Source: an uncultured Actinomycetes bacterium (GTDB taxonomy: Bacteria; Actinomycetota; UBA4738; HRBIN12). Taken from it: DNA of 64,000 nucleotides. The DNA is taken from positions 15,674 to 79,673 of the forward strand of contig CAVZKB010000010.1 in the NCBI GenBank assembly GCA_963775755.1, read 5' to 3'. The position numbers and the translations under genes were made by a program. This document shows positions 50,498 to 59,817 of the stretch, in pieces; the stretch's first letter is position 1, and every line of letters starts with the position of its first letter. Under the pieces are notes generated by a model. That model worked only from the letters and a program-made list of their open reading frames with translations. It did not search any database and was not told the DNA's origin.

Positions 50498-51778
50498 GTG
50501 TTCGCTCGCACGGTCCACGCGACGGCGCGGGCTACCATGCCCCGCGTGGAGCGTGCCGTTCGCCCCGTGAGCCTTCTCCTCGTCCTCGGTTACGCGTGCG
50601 GCGTCCTGATCCTCGGCGGCGCGCTGAAGGCACCCTGCGCCACGGGATCCTGGGCGGACGGACGCCAGTACCGCTGGTTGTGCTATTCGGACATCGTTCC
50701 CCTGCTCCATACCGAGCAACTCGAAGGGAACCGGCTGCCGTTCATCCAGCCGTGCCTGGAGACGGGGGGCCAGTGCGACGAGTACCCCGTGCTCACGATG
50801 TACACGATGCGACTCACGGTGTGGGTCGGGGGTAGCACGACGGCGGGATTCTTCACCGCCAACGCCATCCTCCTGTGGATATGTGCCGCTGCCATCGCGA
50901 CGTTCCTGTACATGTTGGGCGGCAAGGCATCGTGGTTCGCGCTGTCGCCGACGCTGCTCATCTACGGCTTCATGAACTGGGACCTGTTGGCCGTCGCGCT
51001 TGCGACGGGAGCGCTCCTGGCATTCGCGCGCCGCCGTGACGGCCTCGCGGGGATGTTGCTCGGCCTCGGCGCCGCGGCCAAGTTCTACCCGGCGATGCTG
51101 GCGATCCCCCTGATCGCGGACCGCCTCCGCCACCGGGAACCCGACTCCGCGATCCGGATCGGGTGGGCGGCGGCGGGGACGTGGCTCCTCGTCAACGCGC
51201 CCTTCGCCGTCGCGTCTCCCTCGAGCTGGTCGACGTTCTTCCGGTTCAACTCCGCTCGAGGGGCAGATTGGGACAGCCTCTGGTACATCGGATGCCAGAA
51301 CGTCAACGTGGCCGCCATCTGCGGACACACGTCGCGGATCAACGTGGTGTCCCTGGCGCTGTTCGCCTCCACGTTCGCTCTGGTCTGGATCTGGAAGCGG
51401 CGCCGGGAGCCGGGGTTCGCCCGGTGGAGCCTGGCCTTCCCGATGTTGGTGCTCTTCCTGCTGTCCAACAAGGTCTACTCGCCCCAATACGGACTGTGGC
51501 TGTTGCCGTTGTTCACGCTCGGCGCGGTCGACCTACGGACGTTCATCGCCTTCGAAGCGGCCGATGTCGCCGTCTTCGTGACCCGCTTCTCCTACTTCGG
51601 TCGACTCACGGGCGTCGGCGGGCTGCCGTTCGGCGCGTTCGAGATCGCGATCGCCGTGAGGACGCTCATCCTCGTCTGGTGCGTGGTCGCGTGGGTGCGC
51701 CGGCCGACGGTCGAGCTGCCGGAGCCGGGGACGCTCGCCGGCGGCGCGCCGGTCGTGGCCACCGGAGCCCTCGCGTGA
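50498..51778 (+). CDS. polytopic membrane glycosyltransferase-like protein (DUF2029 / GT87-like)
   Basis: 426-aa with ~10 TM segments and GT-C-like loop; alternative start ATG 50537 (MPRVERAV). Confidence 0.55.
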   Translation: MFARTVHATARATMPRVERAVRPVSLLLVLGYACGVLILGGALKAPCATGSWADGRQYRWLCYSDIVPLLHTEQLEGNRLPFIQPCLETGGQCDEYPVLTMYTMRLTVWVGGSTTAGFFTANAILLWICAAAIATFLYMLGGKASWFALSPTLLIYGFMNWDLLAVALATGALLAFARRRDGLAGMLLGLGAAAKFYPAMLAIPLIADRLRHREPDSAIRIGWAAAGTWLLVNAPFAVASPSSWSTFFRFNSARGADWDSLWYIGCQNVNVAAICGHTSRINVVSLALFASTFALVWIWKRRREPGFARWSLAFPMLVLFLLSNKVYSPQYGLWLLPLFTLGAVDLRTFIAFEAADVAVFVTRFSYFGRLTGVGGLPFGAFEIAIAVRTLILVWCVVAWVRRPTVELPEPGTLAGGAPVVATGALA

Positions 51779-52947
51779 GCGAACCGTCGGACACCTCCGA
51801 CGACCCGCGTCTCCGCGACGGCTTGCTCCCGTGCGCGATCACGTTCCTCGCGGTGCGGATCGGCCTGATCGTGCTGGCAGCGCTCGCGACGGGGCTCTTC
51901 CCCGCGCGGGATGCGGTGAGCGTTCCGGGATGGATCGCCCCGGCGCTCGGGCACGGCTGGCACGATGTGTTCAGCGCGTTCGAGCGACAGGACGCTCTCT
52001 GGTTCCTGCGGATCGCCGACACGGGCTACGCGCTGCGGGACGGCAGCGCCGCGTTCTTCCCGCTGTACCCACTGCTCGTCCGCGCCACGTCGTGGCTCGT
52101 CGGAGGCCATCTGCTGTTCGCGGCCACTCTCGTTTCCAACGTGGCGTTCTTCGGGTCGCTCCTCGTCCTGTACGACCTCACGGTCCGCGAGTTCTCTCGA
52201 GACGTCGCCCGCCGGACCATCGTCTACATCTCGATCTTCCCCACGGCGTTCTTCTTCTTCGCTCCGTACAGCGAGTCGCTCTTCCTCCTGCTCTCGCTCA
52301 TCGCCTTCCGCGAGGCGAGACGGGACCGGTGGTGGGGCGCGGCCGGAGCCGGCGCGCTCGCCGCCCTCACCCGGAGCCTGGGCGTCGTGCTCGCGCCCGC
52401 GCTCATCGTGATGGCCCTCGAACGACGAGGCGACGGCGGGATCGTTTGGGCGCGTCTCCTCGCGGGCGCGACGGTGCTGCTGGGTCCACTCGCCTATCTG
52501 GGGTGGTGGGGCGTGGCGCACGGGGATGCGCTCCAACCGATCCATGCGCAGGCGAACTGGCAACGCGAGGGTGCCTTCCCGCTCACCACGCTCTGGAGCG
52601 GCTTCAAGCTGGCACTCGGCGTGGGCGTGTCGGATCCGAACTACTGGCTGATCGACTTCCTGGTCGTCGCCGTGGTGATCGTCGCCGTGTTGGCGGGCCT
52701 GCGACGACTCCCGCTGCCGTACCTGACGTACGCGCTCGGTAGCCTCCTGATCCCGCTCTCCTACCCGTTCGCCCCGCGTCCGCTGCTATCGATGCCGCGG
52801 TTCGTGGCGGTGATCTTCCCGGCCTTCTGGGTACTGGCCGATGCCGCGGAGCGACGCAGGCTGCCGAACACCGCGATCGTCGCCACGTTCGCGGGAGGCC
52901 TCAGCCTGCTTGCGGTGCTGTTCGTGAACTGGTGGCACATCTTCTGA
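51775..52947 (+). CDS. polytopic membrane protein, GT-C glycosyl/mannosyltransferase-like
   Basis: GTG 51775 (GTGA overlap with upstream stop); 390-aa, ~10 TM segments, W/F-rich loops; family assignment uncertain. Confidence 0.45.
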   Translation: MSEPSDTSDDPRLRDGLLPCAITFLAVRIGLIVLAALATGLFPARDAVSVPGWIAPALGHGWHDVFSAFERQDALWFLRIADTGYALRDGSAAFFPLYPLLVRATSWLVGGHLLFAATLVSNVAFFGSLLVLYDLTVREFSRDVARRTIVYISIFPTAFFFFAPYSESLFLLLSLIAFREARRDRWWGAAGAGALAALTRSLGVVLAPALIVMALERRGDGGIVWARLLAGATVLLGPLAYLGWWGVAHGDALQPIHAQANWQREGAFPLTTLWSGFKLALGVGVSDPNYWLIDFLVVAVVIVAVLAGLRRLPLPYLTYALGSLLIPLSYPFAPRPLLSMPRFVAVIFPAFWVLADAAERRRLPNTAIVATFAGGLSLLAVLFVNWWHIF

Positions 52948-53011
52948 ACAGGCATCCAGGACCGTCTAGGATGGTGCGGACCGCGTCCAAGGCGCGGACG
53001 GAGGACGAGGC

Positions 53012-53647
53012 ATGATCAAGGTAGCCATCGCCGACGACCATTCACTGGTACGTCAGGGACTCCGCCGGTATCTCGACATGGCGGATGGGATCGAGGTCGT
53101 GGGCGAAGCATCGGACGGCCGCGAGCTCTTGACGTTGATCGAGGAGACCGATCCGGATATCGCTCTCGTCGACATCCGGATGCCCGAGATGGACGGACTC
53201 GAAGCCGCCCGCGAGATCCGCGATCGATTCCCTAAGGTGGGAGTGATCATGCTCACCGCCTACGACGACCGGCAGTTCGTGGTCGAGGCGGTTCGCTCCG
53301 GCGCTCGCGGGTACGTCCTGAAGGCGCGCGACGCCGAGCACCTGATCCAGACGGTGCGCCTGGTCGCCGGGGGGAACATGGTGATCGACCCCCAGCTCGT
53401 GGTCGCGCTCGCCGAGGAGCTGTCAACGGCGAAGGAACGCGACCGCCGCGCCGAGACCCTCACGGCGCGCGAGATCGAGGTGCTGCAACTCCTGGCGTTC
53501 GGACACACGAACCGGGATATCGCCGAAAGGCTCTACATCTCGCCCGACACCGTGAAGACCCACCTCGAGCACATCTTCGAGAAGCTGGGAGCGTCGGATC
53601 GCACCGCGGCCGTGGCCGAAGCGCTCCGCCGCCGGTTGATCGAGTAA
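53012..53647 (+). CDS. LuxR/NarL-family response regulator
   Basis: REC domain (IKVAIADDHSLVRQG...DIALVDIRMPEMDGLEA) + LuxR HTH (LTAREIEVLQLLAFGHTNRDIAERLYISPDTVKTH); GGAGGACGAGG RBS. Confidence 0.9.
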   Translation: MIKVAIADDHSLVRQGLRRYLDMADGIEVVGEASDGRELLTLIEETDPDIALVDIRMPEMDGLEAAREIRDRFPKVGVIMLTAYDDRQFVVEAVRSGARGYVLKARDAEHLIQTVRLVAGGNMVIDPQLVVALAEELSTAKERDRRAETLTAREIEVLQLLAFGHTNRDIAERLYISPDTVKTHLEHIFEKLGASDRTAAVAEALRRRLIE

Positions 53648-53710
53648 CGCCGACCTCGGACCGGTTGCCTCGTCACCGCGGCAGACGCGGGTTAGTCCAT
53701 CCGGTCATGC

Positions 53711-55888
53711 ATGTCCGACGACTGGGTGATGGAGCCTGGGGGGCCGAACCGGCAAGATGGAACGCGTATGACCGACGCCCACATCCGACGACGATCCCTC
53801 TCCGCCGCCACGGTGCCCCTCCTCGCCGCAGCCGTCGGTGTCGTCGTCTCCGCGATGGCCCCGCCGGGCCGGACGCAGATGCTCGTCGGCGAGGCGTCGG
53901 TCGTCGCGTTGAACCTGGTAGCCGCCGCGTCGATCCTCGGGCGGAGTCGCCTCGAGGAGGCGTGGCGCTCCGCCCGCTCGTTCGCGACCTTGATGTGCGT
54001 GCTCGCGCTCGCGGCGGGCGCCCTGTTCGTGGTGGACCTCCAACGTCACACGCCGAAGCCGGGTCCACTGGACGTCGTGTTCCTGCTGTTCCTTATCCCC
54101 ATGCTGGGCGCCGCTCGCGAGGAGTATCGCGGGCACTTCCCCAGCGAGGATCGCCGCGAGATCTCGATCGACGCGATCCTGATCGCCGCCTCGCTCGCTG
54201 CGATCGGCTACGCGATCATCAGGCCCGTCGGAGCCGGTCCGACCGTGTCGCTGTCGGCCGGGACGTTCGCGGTCGTCGCGGCCACGCTCTTCGCCGCGTT
54301 CGGCGTCCTGACGCTCTGGGTCCCCTCCCGGGCGCATGTCGTGCAATGGCTCATCCTCACGGCCGTCTCCGCCGCGACGGTCGTCTTCGGCTGGGAGTGG
54401 ACGCGGGGCTCCTTCCACGTCGGGTTCCCGGGGATCGTCCTGGTGTTCATGCTGGCAGGGCCCTCGATGGCCGCGACCATCGCGCTGTTCCCTCGACGCG
54501 TCGGCACCCCGCCCGACGAACGGCAGTTGCACCTGGCCCGTCCCATCCTCACGAGCGTCTCCGTGGTCTCGGCGTGCGCGGCGCTCGCAACAATCGCCAG
54601 CCTCGATGACTCCCACGGGCTCCCGACGATGCAGTCGACGGTGATCATCGCCGTGCTCGGGCTGGGCGTCGCAGGGCGCATCCTGGCGAACCAGATCCGC
54701 AGCACGGCGGCCCACGCCGAGGCGAGGTTCGCGCTCGGCGACAAGGAACGCGCCCTGACGGAGGCCGACACCGCGCTCGAACGGGTTCGCGACACGAACG
54801 AGACGCTCCGCCAATCAGAGGAGCACCTCCGGCTGGTCTTCGAGGCCGCAGTCGACGGGATCGTCGAACTGGACCATCGCGACGTCATCCTGCGGGCGAA
54901 CGATGCGTTCTGCAGCATGGTGCGCATCGACCAGGCGTCCATCGAAGGGTTGCCGTGGACGGCCCTCGCCGCGTCGGTGACCGGAGCCGACTCCTCGTTC
55001 GCGTCACTGCCCACGACCGGACAGGGCACCATCCAACGAAACGAAGGGCAGCCTCTCTACCTGGAATCCCGGATCTCCGACGTGCCGATGACACCGCCAC
55101 GGCGCCTCCTGCTCGTGCGGGATGTGACCGCGGGACGGATCGCCGACCAGACGATCCGATCGCTCTTCAAGTTCTTACAGGACCGCGACGAGGACAGGAC
55201 GCGGCTGCTGCGGCGGACGAACAGCGCGATCGAGGCGGAACGCAACCGCATCGCTCGGGACCTTCACGACGGCCCGGTGCAAGGCGTCTCGGCCGCATCG
55301 CTCTCCCTCGAAGCGGCGCTCCTGATGATCAAGGCTGGCGACAGCGACCGGGGGATCGAGATCCTCACGAAGATCCGCAAGGAGCTCGCCGAGGAAGCCG
55401 ACGGACTCCGCGGGCTGATGTCCGGTCTCCGCCCGCCGCTGTTGGAGGAACGAGGGCTGATCCCCGCGATCCGCGAGACGCTCGCGCGCTTCGGGACCGA
55501 GCACGGGGTCCGCACGGAGTTCTCCGGGATGGTGGGAACCGAGATCCCCGACGACCTGCAGACGCTCGCCTACCGCGTCGTGCAGGAGGCGCTGTCGAAC
55601 GCGGCCAAGCACTCGCAGGCCACGCACGTGACGGTCTCGGTCGAACTCGACTCGGTGCAACTCCGCGTCGAGATCGTCGACGACGGGGTCGGGTTCGACA
55701 ACGCCCGCGCGAGGGAGTTCCTGCAGATGGGCCGGGTGGGTCTCGCGTCCATGCGCGAGCGGGTGGAACTTGCGAGCGGGACGTTCGTCGTTCGATCGAC
55801 ACCCGGGCGCGGCACGACGATCGTCGCGACCCTGCCGGTCGAGATCGCGCCGGCCGGCCGCGAGCTCAGCGTCAACGACGCAACCTGA
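53711..55888 (+). CDS. sensor histidine kinase (polytopic N-terminal domain, PAS-like segment, HisKA_3 + HATPase_c)
   Basis: H-box RIARDLHDGPVQ, N/G boxes (EALSNAAKHSQ, DDGVGF, GLASMRERV); start uncertain (ATG 53711, 53729 or 53768). Confidence 0.85.
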   Translation: MSDDWVMEPGGPNRQDGTRMTDAHIRRRSLSAATVPLLAAAVGVVVSAMAPPGRTQMLVGEASVVALNLVAAASILGRSRLEEAWRSARSFATLMCVLALAAGALFVVDLQRHTPKPGPLDVVFLLFLIPMLGAAREEYRGHFPSEDRREISIDAILIAASLAAIGYAIIRPVGAGPTVSLSAGTFAVVAATLFAAFGVLTLWVPSRAHVVQWLILTAVSAATVVFGWEWTRGSFHVGFPGIVLVFMLAGPSMAATIALFPRRVGTPPDERQLHLARPILTSVSVVSACAALATIASLDDSHGLPTMQSTVIIAVLGLGVAGRILANQIRSTAAHAEARFALGDKERALTEADTALERVRDTNETLRQSEEHLRLVFEAAVDGIVELDHRDVILRANDAFCSMVRIDQASIEGLPWTALAASVTGADSSFASLPTTGQGTIQRNEGQPLYLESRISDVPMTPPRRLLLVRDVTAGRIADQTIRSLFKFLQDRDEDRTRLLRRTNSAIEAERNRIARDLHDGPVQGVSAASLSLEAALLMIKAGDSDRGIEILTKIRKELAEEADGLRGLMSGLRPPLLEERGLIPAIRETLARFGTEHGVRTEFSGMVGTEIPDDLQTLAYRVVQEALSNAAKHSQATHVTVSVELDSVQLRVEIVDDGVGFDNARAREFLQMGRVGLASMRERVELASGTFVVRSTPGRGTTIVATLPVEIAPAGRELSVNDAT

Positions 55889-58082
55889 TCGGACCCGTCG
55901 GACCGGTGCCACCCTGGCCGGTCGGTCCGCTCGGCGTACCCGTCGGACCGGTCGGTCCCGTTCCGGCGGGCCCGGTCGGTCCCGTCGGTTCGGGCGGCGG
56001 CGACTCGCTCGGCGACGGGGTCTCGCTGGGAGTGGGGATGGGTGAGTACACGGGCGTCGGGGCCCCGATCGTGTGTCCTTCGAGCGAAGGTACCGCGAAC
56101 TCCTCGACGGGTTGCCCCTGCATGGCGACCGTCATGAAGTCGTGCCAGATGGCCGCCGGGATCGTGCCGCCGAAGACCGGCGAAACGCCCTCCACGCTTT
56201 CCAGCGGGATCTCGCCCCGCGGGTAGCCGACCCACACGCACGTGGCGAGCTGCGGCGTGTAGCCGCAGAACCACGCGTCGACGTAGTCCTGCGCGGTCCC
56301 GGTCTTCCCCGCCACGGGCCGGTCGGAAAGGCGGGCTGCGGTACCCGTCCCGTACGTGACGACGTCCTCCAGAGCGGATGTGACCAGGTCGGCATCGTTC
56401 GCGTCCAGGACCTGCTTCGGCTTCGTGCTGACGTCGTCGATCACCCTGCCGTTGTGGTTGGTGAGCTGCACGAGCGGGTCCGCGTAGCGACGCACCCCGT
56501 GCGCCGCGAGCGTGGCGTAGGCGTTGGTCATCTCGAGGGGGTTCACTGCCTCGACACCCAACGTGATGGAGCAGACGGGATCCAGGTGGCTGCGGATGCC
56601 GAGCAGGTGCGCCATGTCGACGACCTTGTCTGGACCGAGCGCCGCGGCCACCTGCGCGAACACCGTGTTCACGGAGTGCGCCGTGGCGGCCTTCAGCGAG
56701 AACACCCCCGCTTCGGAATCCGAGGCGTTCGACAGCTGCCACGGAGCGCCGTTCGTGAAGCAGTCGGTGTTCGGGATGGTGATCGACGCCGGCCCGTTCC
56801 AGTACGCGTTGAGGTTGTAGCCCGCCTTCATGGCCGCGGCGAGCGTGAACGCCTTGAACGAGGACCCCGACTGACGCCCGGTGCCGCCGAACGTATCCGT
56901 CTTGAGCCGCAACCCTGAGGTCGCGAGGTTCACCTGCGACTGGTTGAACCCGCGACCGCCCACCATCGCCAGGATCTGACCGGTCTTCGGATCGATCGCG
57001 ACCAACGCCCCCTCCGGGTCGGATGGGCTGGGCAGGTGCGCGTTGACCGCCGCCTCCGCGGCGCGCTGCAACCCGAGGTCGAGCGAGGTCGTGACGCGGT
57101 AGCCGCCGCCGAAGACCGCCGCGCCCCCGTACTTGTTGATCAGGTAGCGCTTGGCGTAGTCCACGAAATACTCGGAGTTGGCCGGCGAGTTCACGGCCTC
57201 CTTCTTCGGGTCCGTCGTGACCTTCTTCGCGCTCAGGCGATCGGCGGCCGAGGCGTCGAGATAGCCGTAGTGCACCATCTGGTCGAGCGCGTAGTTGCGA
57301 CGGACCTCGGAGTCCGAGGGATGATCGATCGGATCGAATCGCCCCGGCGACGTGATGAGACCCGCGAGCGTCGCGGACTGCTTGACGCTCAGGTCGGCGG
57401 CATCGATCCCCCAGTACGTCTGCGCCGCCGCTTGGACGCCGTACGCGCCGTGTCCCAGATAGATGGTGTTGAGGTAGCGAGCCAGGATCTGGTCCTTCGT
57501 CAGCGTCTGCTCGAGCTTGATCGCGAGGAGCGCCTCGCGGATCTTCTCCTTGATCGTTCGAGGCGGCACCACGTATTCCCGGGTCCCGTCGGGCTGGTCG
57601 ACGTAGCTACCCGCGTACACCTGCTTGACGAGCTGCTGGGTGATCGTGGAGCCGCCCTGCACGGTCTCGTGCTTCACCAGGTCGGTCCAGGCAGCGCGCA
57701 GGATGCCGACGGGGTCGATGCCGGGGTGCTGGTAGAAGCCGTGGTCCTCGACCGCGATCACGGCATCGCGGAGCGTCTCGGGCATCTGGTCGAACGGGAT
57801 GATCGTCCGGTCGACCGCCCCGTGGATCGACGCGAGCAGGGAGCCGTTGCGGTCGTACATGAACGTCGACTGGATGGGTGGGAACGTCTTGGGCAGCTCG
57901 ATCTGGGAGTAGGCGTAGACCAGCGCGCCGCCCACCGCCAGCACGAGCACGACGGGCACCGCGAGGAACACCCACCAGAACCTCCGGAAGAAGCCCTTCT
58001 TCGGCTCCCCCTTCTTGCCGCGGGTGTGCTTCGGGCGATACGAGCGGCCCCGGGTCGCTCGAGGGGTGGTGTCGGTCGACAC
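55872..58082 (-). CDS. ponA: class A penicillin-binding protein (bifunctional transglycosylase/transpeptidase, PBP1) with C-terminal Pro/Thr/Gly collagen-like repeat tail
   Basis: 736-aa; N-terminal TM, GT51 motifs (EDHGFYQHPGID, GGSTITQQLVK), transpeptidase SxxK/SxN/KTG (SSFK, KTGTAQD); tail ...EPTGPTGPAGTGPTGPTGTPSGPTGQGGTGPTGP; GTG start at 58082. Confidence 0.9.
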   Translation of the reverse strand: MSTDTTPRATRGRSYRPKHTRGKKGEPKKGFFRRFWWVFLAVPVVLVLAVGGALVYAYSQIELPKTFPPIQSTFMYDRNGSLLASIHGAVDRTIIPFDQMPETLRDAVIAVEDHGFYQHPGIDPVGILRAAWTDLVKHETVQGGSTITQQLVKQVYAGSYVDQPDGTREYVVPPRTIKEKIREALLAIKLEQTLTKDQILARYLNTIYLGHGAYGVQAAAQTYWGIDAADLSVKQSATLAGLITSPGRFDPIDHPSDSEVRRNYALDQMVHYGYLDASAADRLSAKKVTTDPKKEAVNSPANSEYFVDYAKRYLINKYGGAAVFGGGYRVTTSLDLGLQRAAEAAVNAHLPSPSDPEGALVAIDPKTGQILAMVGGRGFNQSQVNLATSGLRLKTDTFGGTGRQSGSSFKAFTLAAAMKAGYNLNAYWNGPASITIPNTDCFTNGAPWQLSNASDSEAGVFSLKAATAHSVNTVFAQVAAALGPDKVVDMAHLLGIRSHLDPVCSITLGVEAVNPLEMTNAYATLAAHGVRRYADPLVQLTNHNGRVIDDVSTKPKQVLDANDADLVTSALEDVVTYGTGTAARLSDRPVAGKTGTAQDYVDAWFCGYTPQLATCVWVGYPRGEIPLESVEGVSPVFGGTIPAAIWHDFMTVAMQGQPVEEFAVPSLEGHTIGAPTPVYSPIPTPSETPSPSESPPPEPTGPTGPAGTGPTGPTGTPSGPTGQGGTGPTGPIRLRR
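55890..56000. repeat. short tandem nucleotide repeat (ggaccggtcgg-like units) encoding (G-P-T)n tail of PBP
   Basis: Degenerate 9-12-nt periodicity visible across ~110 bp. Confidence 0.5.
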
Positions 58083-58154
58083 TGCTCGCGATTCTATCCA
58101 GGGCAGGCGAGGATCATGCCTGCTCCTTGTGGTGTTCCGGTGTCGTCGATGCGA

Positions 58155-58556
58155 TCAGACCGCGGCCGTGCGCCGGGCGGTGAACGCCTCTTTGAGGTGG
58201 TTCCACTGGCAGCTGCGGCAGACCTCGACGACGTAGCAACACGATCCGGGGTGCGCCGCAGTCATGCGGAGCCCCGTCTGGATGGACCAGACCCGGCCGC
58301 TGTCGGCCTTCAATCCGTCGCCGTAGACGTAGGCGAGCAGGACGAGCTTCTCTTTGGCGCAGACCGGGCAGTCGTTGTTGGTCGGCTCCCCGACGTGCCG
58401 CGCCGCACGCATCAACTCCGGGTGCGCGTCGCAGACGTCGGTGAGGCCGAGCACCCCCAGACGTGCGTCCCGCAGGAGCGCGCGCTTGGCCAGCGTGTAG
58501 TCGATCACGCCTAACTCGGCGCGTCGGCCTCCCAGCGGCATCCCCTTGCTTGCCAT
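58155..58556 (-). CDS. conserved actinobacterial protein of unknown function (DUF5318-like), encoded upstream of ponA
   Basis: 133-aa from ATG 58556: MASKGMPLGGRRAELGVIDYTLAKRALLRDARLGVLGLTDVCDAHPELMRAARHVGEPTNNDCPVCAKEKLVLLAYVYGD...; four Cys (CPVC...CRSC) suggest Zn ribbon. Confidence 0.5.
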   Translation of the reverse strand: MASKGMPLGGRRAELGVIDYTLAKRALLRDARLGVLGLTDVCDAHPELMRAARHVGEPTNNDCPVCAKEKLVLLAYVYGDGLKADSGRVWSIQTGLRMTAAHPGSCCYVVEVCRSCQWNHLKEAFTARRTAAV

Positions 58557-58654
58557 GGTGGCCAAGTGTACCCCCGCTCCCCGACGCGGCGGACCTGCCG
58601 TCGGACGTACGCCGTTGGATACTGGCGGCGTCACCCGTTGGGAGGAGCGACCGG

Positions 58655-59353
58655 ATGCCCGAGATCACCGTGCTCAGCAGCGACGACCGATCGAGCTGGG
58701 TATCGCTCGTCCGCCCTCCGGGACGGTTGCCCTCGCCGGGCCGCGAGATCGACGCCTTCACGTCCGGTGACGGGACGTTCACATGTGGCTTCTGGGAACG
58801 GGAGCCCGACACGTGGTCGTTCGAGCGGCCGTACGACGAGGTCGCCTACATCCTCGAGGGCTCGGCGGACGTCGAGACCGACGACGGCCGGGTGCTCGGC
58901 CTGCGCGCGGGAGACGTGTTCGTGACGCCGATGGGATCGAAGGGCACGTGGCACATCCACGAGACCGTCGCGAAGTTCTTCGCGATCTACTCGGGCGGCA
59001 CGATCGGCGAGACGGCGATGCAGGTGATCGGCGCGAACGATCCCGTCGAATGGATCACGCTCGAGAACGCGCCGGGAGACGAGGACCCGCCGGGACAGGA
59101 GTGGTACGCCTGGCGCAACGCCGACGCGAGGTTCTCGGCAGGGGTCTGGCGTCGGCAGCCGGAGACCGGGAGGTTCGACCGTGAGTACCACGAGGCCGCC
59201 TGCCTGATCGAAGGCGATGTGGAGATCGAGACGCAAGACGGGCGGACGCTCCGGGCGAGCGCGGGAGATGTGCTGGTGACGCCCGAAGGCACGAGCGGGC
59301 TGTGGCGCGCACTGACACCGGTGAAGAAGTTCTGGGCGGTGCACCACGAGTAG
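58655..59353 (+). CDS. bicupin protein (two DUF861/cupin_3-like domains)
   Basis: GGGAGGAG RBS + ATG 58655; internally duplicated ~110-aa unit (GDVFVTPMGSKGTWHIHETVAKFFAI / GDVLVTPEGTSGLWRALTPVKKFWAV). Confidence 0.6.
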   Translation: MPEITVLSSDDRSSWVSLVRPPGRLPSPGREIDAFTSGDGTFTCGFWEREPDTWSFERPYDEVAYILEGSADVETDDGRVLGLRAGDVFVTPMGSKGTWHIHETVAKFFAIYSGGTIGETAMQVIGANDPVEWITLENAPGDEDPPGQEWYAWRNADARFSAGVWRRQPETGRFDREYHEAACLIEGDVEIETQDGRTLRASAGDVLVTPEGTSGLWRALTPVKKFWAVHHE

Positions 59354-59399
59354 CCCGTACGGTGCGCTGGACCCCGAGGAGCGGCCAACCGAGCCCCTC

Positions 59400-59813
59400 G
59401 TGCGGGAGGCCGGCGCGGCCACGGTCTTGCTCCGCGGTCTGCGCAAGCGATGCCCTCGCTGCAACCGGCGTCGTATCTTCCGATCGTGGCTCCGGCTGAT
59501 GCAGCGATGCCCCAACTGCGACCTGCGCTTCGAGCGCGAGCAGGGCGGGTTCCTCGGGGCGATGACGATCAACTTCCTGGTCGCGGTGCTGGCGTGGCTC
59601 GCGATGTTCGTCGTCGTTCTGGTGTTCACCGTTCCCGACGTTCCGGTGACGCCGCTGTTGATCGCGAGCGTGGTCGTGCTGATGGTGATGCCGCTCTGGT
59701 TCTATCCGCGCTCCAAGACCTTCTGGGCGGCGATCGAGTTCCTGGTGGCCAGGAGTGACCCGGAGTACCGCTCTCCCGTACGGCGCGACCCTCGAGCGGT
59801 CGATCTGGAGTAG
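59400..59813 (+). CDS. DUF983 domain membrane protein (zinc-ribbon + TM)
   Basis: CPRCNRR...CPNCDL zinc-ribbon followed by two TM helices. Confidence 0.6.
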   Translation: MREAGAATVLLRGLRKRCPRCNRRRIFRSWLRLMQRCPNCDLRFEREQGGFLGAMTINFLVAVLAWLAMFVVVLVFTVPDVPVTPLLIASVVVLMVMPLWFYPRSKTFWAAIEFLVARSDPEYRSPVRRDPRAVDLE

Positions 59814-59817
59814 CGGG

